Positions 1 to 8,049 of a stretch of DNA of 64,000 bases are shown here, piece after piece. The stretch is from a virus. Its lineage: Duplodnaviria > Caudoviricetes. Every line of letters starts with the position of its first letter. Position 1 is the stretch's first letter. The notes below the pieces were generated by a model that searched no databases, was not told where the DNA came from, and was given only the letters and a program-made list of their open reading frames with translations. The stretch lies in the IMG/VR virus record IMGVR_UViG_3300037067_009225, positions 1 through 64,000 of that record; one strand, written 5' to 3'. The translations under genes were made by a program, and so were the position numbers.

Positions 1-101
1 ATAACATCAATACCTTCAAACGGTTGTGGCATCTCATTATATATGTTTTCATTCAAATACTCTCGTATTGTGGTTGCAATAAATTTTCTCAAATCTTTCA
101 T
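1..101 (-). CDS. 5' part of a putative virion-internal protein, truncated by window edge (MKDLRKFIATTIREYLNENIYNEMPQPF...)
   Basis: ATG at 101 on minus strand, open to window start; leader ends in LNE; TATTTATATATA just upstream. Confidence 0.6.
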   Translation of the reverse strand, partial: MKDLRKFIATTIREYLNENIYNEMPQPFEGIDV

Positions 102-200
102 TTGTTTTTCTTTATATATAAATATTCAATTTTAAAATTTCCACCATACATTTTTAAAAGTTTTTGTTCAGTGTTTCAATCGAGCATTTGTGGTAATTTC

Positions 201-312
201 CCGTACTGGTTATAACAAGGTGTATAAGAAAGTTTGTCATAAAGTTCAGTTGTAATTTGAAAGTTTGTACAAGCAAACCTTCTCATACACCCAACCGTTA
301 TAGCCAATAGGG
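201..312. repeat. attC-like imperfect palindrome 1
   Basis: TGGTTATAAC (207-216) ... GTTATAGCCA (297-306); inner stem 220-236/274-290, 15/17 complementary. Confidence 0.8.
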
Positions 313-326
313 GTGAAGTGCTTCGA

Positions 327-1082
327 TTAATCATTTTCGTTAGAAAAATTAAAAAAAGACCCACCGCACTCTTTAATACGAGTTTCAGCTATTTCATTAT
401 ATTTTTCAGAATTATCAATTCCGATAAAATTTCTTTTCATCTCATAAGCTACTTTGGTTGTTGTTCCAGTTCCGTTGTATGGGTCTAAAACCAAATTTCC
501 TTCATTGGTAAATGCTTCAACACATCTTTTTACAAGTTCTTCTGGAAATGTAGCATTATGTCCGTAAATATTTTTGTTTGGAACAATTCGCCAAATACTT
601 AAATACTTTGCAGCTTCTTTATTCCAAGTAAATCCCTTTGCTTCTTTTCCAAGTATATAAATATCTTCATCAACCCTATAAAATCTAACAGGATTATACG
701 CTTGCATACCACATCTATCCCATGTAATTCTCTGTCTGTATTTTGCATTTGTCTTTAAAATCCATTCCAAAGGTGATTTTACTTCAAATTCAAATATTCT
801 ATCTTTGTGGTTGTAGCAAATTGTTCCAGTTGGTTTTAGAACTCTTACCATCTCATTTATTATTTCTATTTGCCTTGCTTCATAGGTTTCATCATCTTCT
901 TTGTCGGTGCAATTATCATAAGTTATATTGGTTCGTTCCCAAAAATCTTTCCTACTTGCTTGTGTTCTTCTGTTTCTCCAATTATTATAATTTGGTGAGG
1001 TAACAATCAAATCAATAGTGTTATCAGGGAATGTTTTAAGCAATTCCAAATTATCTCCTGTGTATATTTTATTTATTTCCAT
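327..1082 (-). CDS. DNA methyltransferase, N4-C/N6-A beta class
   Basis: DLIVTSPNY catalytic motif N-terminal; HNATFP; VLDPYNGTGTT SAM-binding motif C-terminal. Confidence 0.9.
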   Translation of the reverse strand: MEINKIYTGDNLELLKTFPDNTIDLIVTSPNYNNWRNRRTQASRKDFWERTNITYDNCTDKEDDETYEARQIEIINEMVRVLKPTGTICYNHKDRIFEFEVKSPLEWILKTNAKYRQRITWDRCGMQAYNPVRFYRVDEDIYILGKEAKGFTWNKEAAKYLSIWRIVPNKNIYGHNATFPEELVKRCVEAFTNEGNLVLDPYNGTGTTTKVAYEMKRNFIGIDNSEKYNEIAETRIKECGGSFFNFSNEND

Positions 1083-1140
1083 CCCTTCTCTTTTTTTAAT
1101 TTTTCTTTTAGTGCTTCGATTAAACGTTTGTGCTAAAAAT

Positions 1141-1250
1141 CCCTACTGGCTATAACAACGTGTATAAAACATAGCCAATTAAGGTTAGTGGTTTAATATT
1201 AAGTTTCGTGCGTGGCTACGTTTCATACACTCGACCGTTAGCAGTAATAC
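1141..1250. repeat. attC-like imperfect palindrome 2
   Basis: TGGCTATAAC (1147-1156) ... GTTAGCAGTA (1237-1246); inner stem 1160-1177/1213-1230, 16/18. Confidence 0.8.
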
Positions 1251-2047
1251 TACATTCCATCTCCGAATAGAGTTTTCTGCGTTAAATCTTTTTCTTTTCT
1301 TTTTTCTTCCACCCTTTTTAAAGCAATTTCATAATGGTCTTTTACTAATTCACTACCAATATAATCACATTCATTTTCAATACAACTTAATTGTGTAGTT
1401 CCTATTCCAGTAAAAGGTTCATAAATCAAACTTCCTTTTGGAAAGTAAATGTTTATCAGTTGATTTACTAAATCTTGTGAAAATGATGCTTTTAATTTAC
1501 ATTGGTATCCATCATTATTTCTCGCTTCAATGTAATTCACATAGTTTTTGTAAAACTTCTGCCCTGTTTTTTCATTTACCTTACTTACTTCCTTGTTGGT
1601 TTTGAATGTGTGTAAATATTCTTTCTTCACAAAAACATAAATCAATTCAGTAATCCTACTCAATTTAGTTGGTGATGTTTGAAATGGTATTGCATTTGGT
1701 TTCTTCCAGCAAATAATGTCTGCAATAGTTAAATCCGTTTCATTGTGGATTTTCGCAACTAATAATGTTGGTAGTATTGGATTTTCTTTTGCATAAGATA
1801 TGTTGTAACAAATCACACCAGTGTCTTTCATTACTCTTGAAAATTCTTTAAATTCATTAGTTCTTACTTCGAGATAATCATTTTCACTTAACCCATCTAA
1901 TTCAGAATATCCATTATTGTAATAACAATCACTTCTTTCTGTATTGATGTTGTATGGTGGTGATGTGATTATTCCATCAATAGATTTATCTTGAAGTCTT
2001 TTCAAGGTAATCTTACAATCTTCGTTATAAATTATATTTCGTTCCAT
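1250..2047 (-). CDS. DNA methyltransferase, N4-C/N6-A beta class
   Basis: IITSPPYN and IYEPFTGIGTT motifs. Confidence 0.9.
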   Translation of the reverse strand: MERNIIYNEDCKITLKRLQDKSIDGIITSPPYNINTERSDCYYNNGYSELDGLSENDYLEVRTNEFKEFSRVMKDTGVICYNISYAKENPILPTLLVAKIHNETDLTIADIICWKKPNAIPFQTSPTKLSRITELIYVFVKKEYLHTFKTNKEVSKVNEKTGQKFYKNYVNYIEARNNDGYQCKLKASFSQDLVNQLINIYFPKGSLIYEPFTGIGTTQLSCIENECDYIGSELVKDHYEIALKRVEEKRKEKDLTQKTLFGDGM

Positions 2048-2128
2048 TATTTATTTTTTTATTTCCTACCGCACAAAAAAGAAAAGAAAAAGGTTCAGTT
2101 TTTCATTGAGCATTTGTGGTTTAAATCC

Positions 2129-2238
2129 GTACTACTGCTAACATCGTGTATAAAACATAGCCAATTAAGGTATGTGGTTTATATCAAGTGTTGTGCGTGG
2201 CTACGTTTTATATTTGCAATACATTATAAACAATAAAA
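2129..2238. repeat. attC-like imperfect palindrome 3 (variant right arm)
   Basis: TACTGCTAAC (2133-2142); stem 2149-2163/2198-2212, 14/15; body closely resembles palindrome 2; right end reads ATTATAAACA instead of GTTA. Confidence 0.7.
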
Positions 2239-2403
2239 CTATGAATATTTTTCTGTGTCTTTAACAAAAACTATAATAATAGCGAAAATGAATGACACAA
2301 TTTCAATAATTGTAAATATTATAAGTAATATATTAAATTTATATATTAAACTTACAATAATAATAATCAATGATATAGTTATTAAAAATATTAAATATTT
2401 CAT
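2239..2403 (-). CDS. small two-TM membrane peptide (54 aa, MKYLIFL...)
   Basis: ATG at 2403 directly downstream of a canonical promoter; two hydrophobic stretches. Confidence 0.6.
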   Translation of the reverse strand: MKYLIFLITISLIIIIVSLIYKFNILLIIFTIIEIVSFIFAIIIVFVKDTEKYS

Positions 2404-2423
2404 AATTTTACTGTTTATAATAA

Positions 2424-2454
2424 CAAATATAAGCAATTATTTCAGAATTCCAAA
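2424..2454 (-). promoter_or_regulatory. Bacteroidota primary-sigma promoter facing into the cassette array
   Basis: minus strand TTTG-N19-TATATTTG. Confidence 0.8.
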
Positions 2455-2487
2455 TTTTTTATTCTCTTGTATTATATAAAAAAATTA

Positions 2488-2679
2488 CTAAATACCCAAT
2501 TCAACGAATTTTTGAAAAACTTCTCCGTTTTCAATATATTCGCAAGTGCAAAATATTGTGTTTTCATCTTTCTCTTTATATGATACCAAAGTAAACTCTT
2601 TAATTTCATTATAAAAACCAAATTTAAGTTTTCCATCTTCAACCATCTGTTTTAGTTTTTCAAAAATTAGTTTTTTCAT
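2488..2679 (-). CDS. hypothetical protein
   Basis: ORF directly downstream of repeated promoter unit. Confidence 0.6.
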   Translation of the reverse strand: MKKLIFEKLKQMVEDGKLKFGFYNEIKEFTLVSYKEKDENTIFCTCEYIENGEVFQKFVELGI

Positions 2680-2764
2680 AAGTTTTTATTTTATATGTTT
2701 ATAATAATAAATATAGAACAATTATTTCAGTATTCTAAATTTTTTGTTATGTTTTTTATTTAAT

Positions 2765-2974
2765 TTATACTATCTTAAATTTTTCCAAAAAATCAAAAAA
2801 TGTTGAAAAAGTTAAATGTTGATAATTCTTTTCATCTTCAACATAAATAAAACTATCAAGTTTAGCATAAGTAATAACATTATAAACTTTTCCAACTTCA
2901 TGTATTCCAGTTTTAATTAAACATTCAGCTTTAAACTCTCTTTTTGTTTTTTGGTAATAATCTTCTATTATCAT
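2765..2974 (-). CDS. hypothetical protein
   Basis: ORF in co-oriented cluster. Confidence 0.55.
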   Translation of the reverse strand: MIIEDYYQKTKREFKAECLIKTGIHEVGKVYNVITYAKLDSFIYVEDEKNYQHLTFSTFFDFLEKFKIV

Positions 2975-3442
2975 TTTTCTATTTTATTTTTAAGTTAATT
3001 ATTATTTTTCTATACCTATTTTAATAAAACCATTTATAATCTTTTGGTATTTCATTTTCAAAATATTCTGCATCTTCGTATATAGTTTTTAATTCATCTA
3101 CTCTTTTTTCTGCAACAGCCTTAGTTCCGCAGGTTCTTTCATACATATTACAACCCATGTTTTTATAAAAAATATAATAATGTGTCATTTTGTTTTTATT
3201 AAAATATTTTAAATATTAACGATAATATTTACATATAACACAAAGACCTTTATGTTTTCTACATGCTTCAACCCTTTTAATATTTGTTGATTTTAATTTA
3301 CATTCTTTAATATTATCCATAGATATATTTAATTGCTGTTTTGGTGTTTCAATTCCATTTTTTGATGTTTTCATATGTTTCATCTTATTTTATTATATTT
3401 ATTAAAAAATTAAATATACATCTCTAACCGTTATTAATAAAG

Positions 3443-3988
3443 TTAAAAAGAATCTTCGAACAATGTCCAGTGTTTTTCCGATTTAAGTAAATTATAAGGA
3501 AGATAATTACCATCATCATCTATTTCTTCTGATTCCCAAGCACCACCATTAACCGAAGTTTGATTCCAAGCTATAGCTAATAATTCTGGATCATTTTTAA
3601 GTTCTTCCTCAATTACATCAGCTTGTTCTTTTAATGATGTTTCACCTTCAAAATTTCTAAAAGCATTTAATAATTCTGGTAAATCTTCTTTTAAAACAAC
3701 AACATTATCAAAAGTTGATCTAAGGCAAATTTTATCTATTTTTGAAACGCCATCTTTCAAACTTAAATCCCAAACTTCTTTTATTGCTTCGCCTCTAAAA
3801 TCTGCACTTCTAAAATATTCTTTGTCCGTTTCTCCAAGCATTTTTGCAAAATCAGGAATATATTTAGGTAAGTATTTTTTATCTAAAATATTCCATATAG
3901 CCATAGCACCAAGCCAAGCATTTTTTATTTCAGAAAAACATACAACATCACCATCTTTTTTGAACTTGTAAATTTCTGTGTAGCTCAT
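3443..3988 (-). CDS. hypothetical phage protein
   Basis: 181 aa ORF, typical composition. Confidence 0.7.
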   Translation of the reverse strand: MSYTEIYKFKKDGDVVCFSEIKNAWLGAMAIWNILDKKYLPKYIPDFAKMLGETDKEYFRSADFRGEAIKEVWDLSLKDGVSKIDKICLRSTFDNVVVLKEDLPELLNAFRNFEGETSLKEQADVIEEELKNDPELLAIAWNQTSVNGGAWESEEIDDDGNYLPYNLLKSEKHWTLFEDSF

Positions 3989-3994
3989 TTTATT

Positions 3995-4456
3995 TTAAAT
4001 TAAAATTAATAATTTTATTTGTCTATTAAATCTTTTTATATATGGATTTATCGTATCTCTTAATAATAAAACATGTAAACGAAAATCATTATCATTATTT
4101 GTAATATTTTTTGGATCACCAATATATTTTTCAAATAATTTATACATCTTAACTGGTGTTATTTTATTTGTTCTATTATTTTCATTTATTTCTAATAAAT
4201 ATGATAAAATATTTACAACTTTATTTTTTTCAGCATCATTATCAGATTCGTATACACCCCACCTACTTGTATAATTAATTAATAACATTTCAACTTTTGT
4301 ACTTGTTGGTTGAATTGTATCTTTAACATCAACATTAATAAATTTATTGAATTTTTCAATTATATAATCATAATTGGATGCAAATACACTATTATCACAG
4401 CTTTTATTAAAAAGTAGTGTGAATTCTATAAGATTTTCTATTTGTTTTAATTCCAT
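3995..4456 (-). CDS. hypothetical protein with C-terminal RxxK tag (RQIKLLIL)
   Basis: ORF; tail motif. Confidence 0.65.
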   Translation of the reverse strand: MELKQIENLIEFTLLFNKSCDNSVFASNYDYIIEKFNKFINVDVKDTIQPTSTKVEMLLINYTSRWGVYESDNDAEKNKVVNILSYLLEINENNRTNKITPVKMYKLFEKYIGDPKNITNNDNDFRLHVLLLRDTINPYIKRFNRQIKLLILI

Positions 4457-4489
4457 AATTAAAATATTATGGTAAATATAATATTAATT

Positions 4490-4714
4490 TCACAAATAAT
4501 CAAGTTTTACGTAATCAGAATAATCAATAATTACTTCTACCATTTTACCTAAATAATTTAAATCTGAAAATTCTTCAAAATCAGTAAAATAATGCAAACT
4601 TTTAATTTTCTCTTTTAGAGTTATTTTATCATCACCTTGAATATTGTCATAATTTTTAAAGAAATTATAAAAATGATGTAAATCTTCATCTTGAACATAT
4701 ATTTTAATTTTCAT
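4490..4714 (-). CDS. hypothetical protein
   Basis: ORF in operon. Confidence 0.55.
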   Translation of the reverse strand: MKIKIYVQDEDLHHFYNFFKNYDNIQGDDKITLKEKIKSLHYFTDFEEFSDLNYLGKMVEVIIDYSDYVKLDYL

Positions 4715-4736
4715 ATTTACTATTTACTTTTTTTAT

Positions 4737-4997
4737 TTAAATGTGAGATAACGATTCTTTAATAATAGAATTAATTTCGTTTTTAACAAAAATCAATTTA
4801 TCATTATATTTAAATCTTAAATAAAATACTGGAAAAAATATTAATATTATAGACCACATTAAAAATGCTCTGATAAACCAAAAAGGCTTTAATATAAATC
4901 TACCAGTTTTATTAACACAAGACCAATCTTGAAAAATGTATTGATTATATACAAAAATTAAAAAGTTAATTAATGTTAGTTTAATTGAATTATTCAT
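4737..4997 (-). CDS. hypothetical membrane protein
   Basis: hydrophobic segment. Confidence 0.55.
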   Translation of the reverse strand: MNNSIKLTLINFLIFVYNQYIFQDWSCVNKTGRFILKPFWFIRAFLMWSIILIFFPVFYLRFKYNDKLIFVKNEINSIIKESLSHI

Positions 4998-5244
4998 TGT
5001 TAATTAAATTATTTTTTTCTACCAATTTTATATCAAATTCATCTCTTAATGTTTCATAAGCAGATAATACATATATCCTATTAAAATTATTAAGTTTACT
5101 TAATCTTTCTTTTATTTTAATTTTTTTATCTTTATTTAAATTTTCAAAGAAATCTGACAAATCTAAATATTCAAATTCAAACTTATTAATTTCATTAACA
5201 TAATCTAATGTATCAAAATATTTATCTAAATTAATTTTAAACAT
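4990..5244 (-). CDS. hypothetical protein
   Basis: ORF overlapping next gene. Confidence 0.55.
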   Translation of the reverse strand: MFKINLDKYFDTLDYVNEINKFEFEYLDLSDFFENLNKDKKIKIKERLSKLNNFNRIYVLSAYETLRDEFDIKLVEKNNLINNE

Positions 5245-5341
5245 ATATAATTTTTTATTTTTATATATTATTTATTATAGGTTCAAATTGATTTTTAATT
5301 TAGATTATTGGTGGGATGTGAAAATGTTTAAGTTTTAAAAA

Positions 5342-5614
5342 TTATTCTTCAAAACCTTCTAAGTCTTCTAATTTAACACCAATTGGTCTTAATCCATATG
5401 GTGTGGCATCTAAATAATAATCAAACGTATAACCTATTGCTTCTACTTCTTTCAATAAATTTTCTAATACATCATAAGTATCATTTTCATTCTCATATTT
5501 AGATAAAATATCTTTCAATTCTTGTGGTTGCATTTCTGGATGCTCAAATAAATCATAATATTTTTCACCATGATTTTCATTTATGAATTGATTGAAATTT
5601 TTAATATTACTCAT
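5342..5614 (-). CDS. putative head-internal protein (leader MSNIKNFNQFINE)
   Basis: CTS-like leader; TAATATATA at 5635-5643. Confidence 0.6.
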   Translation of the reverse strand: MSNIKNFNQFINENHGEKYYDLFEHPEMQPQELKDILSKYENENDTYDVLENLLKEVEAIGYTFDYYLDATPYGLRPIGVKLEDLEGFEE

Positions 5615-5644
5615 TTTTAATATATTTTTTTATTTATATATTAA

Positions 5645-7042
5645 TTATTTAATTTCATTATTTATAACCCACAAGTTTACACCTAAAGAAATAACAAAAG
5701 CTAATATATAAATGAATATTAAAGAACCAGTTGATGGTTCAACAGTCAAATAACTAAATTCTTTAAATGGTCTTCTTTTAAATTTATCAAGATTATTATT
5801 AAGATAATTATATAATTCATCCCATGTTTTTTCAGTAAGTATAGGATAGGCTGATTTAACTTTAATAATAGAGTCTGCAATAACTTGTTGTGGTAATGGT
5901 AAAATATTTGGAAGTTTTTCTCCAGCTTTACCTAATACTTTATTTTTTATTTCTTTAGTTGTTGGTACAACTGCAGGTATATTTCTTTTTATAACGCTAT
6001 CTTTATATGTATAAAGATTTAAAACTTCATTCTGAACAGCAGCAGTTAATTCAGAAGAATGTGACCATGAAAATGCTTTTGACCATGTAATTTCATCACC
6101 TTTTTTACCAATACATAAAACTAATTCATTTTTATTACCTTTCACCCAATAATTTTCTTGATAATCCGCAATAGACATGGGTTTATTTTCAAAGATAAGA
6201 ACCCATAAACGAAGTTGATTAGTTGGGCCAAATTTACCATTTAATCTTTTAAATTTTTCTTGTGTTTCTTTACTTACATTACTACCTAATATAGTAGGAA
6301 AATAAAAAATATCATCAGAATTGAAATATGCAGTATCCTTTCTCGATGGATATTTAAACAAACCAAGTGTATCAGCTTGTTTATCATCAACAATTTTGAT
6401 ATTAAAAATTGATAAATCACTTGCTTTAACTTTATTAATATATGTGTGTTTACTTACATAAGGTTTTCTTGTTTCATCACTACCATTCCAATCAGTTTGA
6501 TATACATATGATATATTACCAACTCGTTTATCTTCAAATTTAGTTCCACGACTACTTGTTGCGTAATCACTTGGTGTATGGTTTTTGTGTGTGTTAATAA
6601 TGGTTTTATTTGTTTTAAATAGTTTTATAATTTCATCATGTTGTTTTTCTGAAATTCTAAAAGATTCACCTATATTTGTTTCTGCAGACCAAGAAGGGCC
6701 AACGTCATCTTGGTGAGAACAATCATACCATTCAGTGCAATAATCAGTTACTGTATTACCATTAGAATCTGTATGTGAACCACATGGAACAGTTTTACTA
6801 CACATTTCACTATGCCAATAGTTATAAGGTTCTTCTTCATAAACAGAGGTAACACTTGATCCCCACCATTCATCAAAACTAACAGTAGTGTGGTCAATTA
6901 TAGCTTTAGAAATAACAATAGCAATAAGAACACTACCAATAGGAATAAAAAACTCCCACCATGAGAATTCTGATTTTCTAAAGAAATAAAAAACACCTGT
7001 TACTATTATTGGTATAATTAAAGCTAAATAAACTGTTGGCAT
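5645..7042 (-). CDS. membrane protein with large extracytoplasmic domain (possible partner of LemA-like protein)
   Basis: two N-terminal TM helices, Cys-rich segment, one C-terminal TM helix. Confidence 0.65.
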   Translation of the reverse strand: MPTVYLALIIPIIVTGVFYFFRKSEFSWWEFFIPIGSVLIAIVISKAIIDHTTVSFDEWWGSSVTSVYEEEPYNYWHSEMCSKTVPCGSHTDSNGNTVTDYCTEWYDCSHQDDVGPSWSAETNIGESFRISEKQHDEIIKLFKTNKTIINTHKNHTPSDYATSSRGTKFEDKRVGNISYVYQTDWNGSDETRKPYVSKHTYINKVKASDLSIFNIKIVDDKQADTLGLFKYPSRKDTAYFNSDDIFYFPTILGSNVSKETQEKFKRLNGKFGPTNQLRLWVLIFENKPMSIADYQENYWVKGNKNELVLCIGKKGDEITWSKAFSWSHSSELTAAVQNEVLNLYTYKDSVIKRNIPAVVPTTKEIKNKVLGKAGEKLPNILPLPQQVIADSIIKVKSAYPILTEKTWDELYNYLNNNLDKFKRRPFKEFSYLTVEPSTGSLIFIYILAFVISLGVNLWVINNEIK

Positions 7043-7073
7043 ATTTTTAATTTTATAATGTTAATAAAAAGGA

Positions 7074-7105
7074 AAAATGTGGTAAAAATAAATTTACCAC
7101 ATTTT
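7074..7105 (-). terminator. intrinsic terminator-like hairpin
   Basis: AAAATGTGGTAAA/TTTACCACATTTT. Confidence 0.65.
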
Positions 7106-7116
7106 AAAAATAAATA

Positions 7117-7656
7117 TTACTGAAACAAATCAATATCATTTTCCTGACCTGTACTATACACTTCATCAGTTTTTGCTGATGTGACAAGTTTAATATTCAA
7201 ATCAGCCTTACCACTTAACAACAAACTATTGGGAAATTTAACCTTCATGGATTTAAGTTCTCTATCAATATCAATAAGTTTCTTCTGTTCCATAGTAAAT
7301 TCATTACGACTTCCTTCAATAGTATTCATAAGAGTCTTATAAAGACTTGCATCAAATGTCGGGTTACTTTCCTGAATCCACTTCATAAGTGTTTCCTGAC
7401 CAGCACCATCATCAGAATAACGAGCATCCATGATCTCTGTATAAATCTGACGAAAACTCTCTTTATATTCAGAAGTTACCTTTGCTTGCTGTTGAATTTT
7501 CTTCCATGTGTTATCAAAAACAACTTCGCAATTCTTCTGAAATGCTTGACCAGTTACAAATTTGGTGTTATATGCATTAATAACATTAATAACCCAAATG
7601 ATCAAAAAAGCAACACCCAAACCACTAAGACCTAAAACAATTTTTCCTGTTTTCAT
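7117..7656 (-). CDS. LemA-like membrane-anchored coiled-coil protein
   Basis: N-terminal TM; ESNP..LY..LMNTIEGSRNEF..KFPN pattern; TATTTTTG promoter at 7693-7700. Confidence 0.6.
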   Translation of the reverse strand: MKTGKIVLGLSGLGVAFLIIWVINVINAYNTKFVTGQAFQKNCEVVFDNTWKKIQQQAKVTSEYKESFRQIYTEIMDARYSDDGAGQETLMKWIQESNPTFDASLYKTLMNTIEGSRNEFTMEQKKLIDIDRELKSMKVKFPNSLLLSGKADLNIKLVTSAKTDEVYSTGQENDIDLFQ

Positions 7657-7725
7657 AATTTTAATTTTTAATTGTTAATAAAATAATTTATACAAAAATA
7701 GTAATTTTTTATTAGAATAAAAATA

Positions 7726-8046
7726 TTATTTTAAAATATTTAAAAATCTATCTTTTACTGATAAAATATTATTGATTTTCTTTTTTCTTAAAATTGAATT
7801 AAAATATTGATGTTGAATTTTAAAAAAACCATAATCATCTATTACACATTTACTTTTTGTATAAGTGGCATATGTTGTTGATGTTATAAGTGGTATATCA
7901 TCTGCAACAATGATATATCTAATATCTGTACTAAAAATTATCTCATAACCAAGTTCTTTGAAAAAATTTTTAATTAATTTAACATTCTTAGAATTAGTTA
8001 TTCGAATATAATACATGGAATATGGTGTAACTTTATTATATACCAT
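7726..8046 (-). CDS. hypothetical protein with RxxK tag (RKKKINNIL)
   Basis: ORF; tail motif. Confidence 0.6.
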   Translation of the reverse strand: MVYNKVTPYSMYYIRITNSKNVKLIKNFFKELGYEIIFSTDIRYIIVADDIPLITSTTYATYTKSKCVIDDYGFFKIQHQYFNSILRKKKINNILSVKDRFLNILK

Positions 8047-8049
8047 AAT

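Larger units (their letters stand above)
2412..2745. repeat. ~50 bp promoter-containing direct repeat (2412-2460 and 2696-2745)
   Basis: TGTTTATAATAAcAAATATAagCAATTATTTCAGaATTCcAAATTTTTT vs TGTTTATAATAAtAAATATAgaaCAATTATTTCAGtATTCtAAATTTTTT. Confidence 0.75.

Noticed and set aside
327-2047. Restriction-modification system
   Set aside because: No cognate endonuclease next to either methyltransferase; they appear to be orphan, probably protective, enzymes
201-2238. CRISPR array interpretation of the repeated hairpins
   Set aside because: Repeats are ~100 bp, divergent and separated by whole genes; no cas genes in the window
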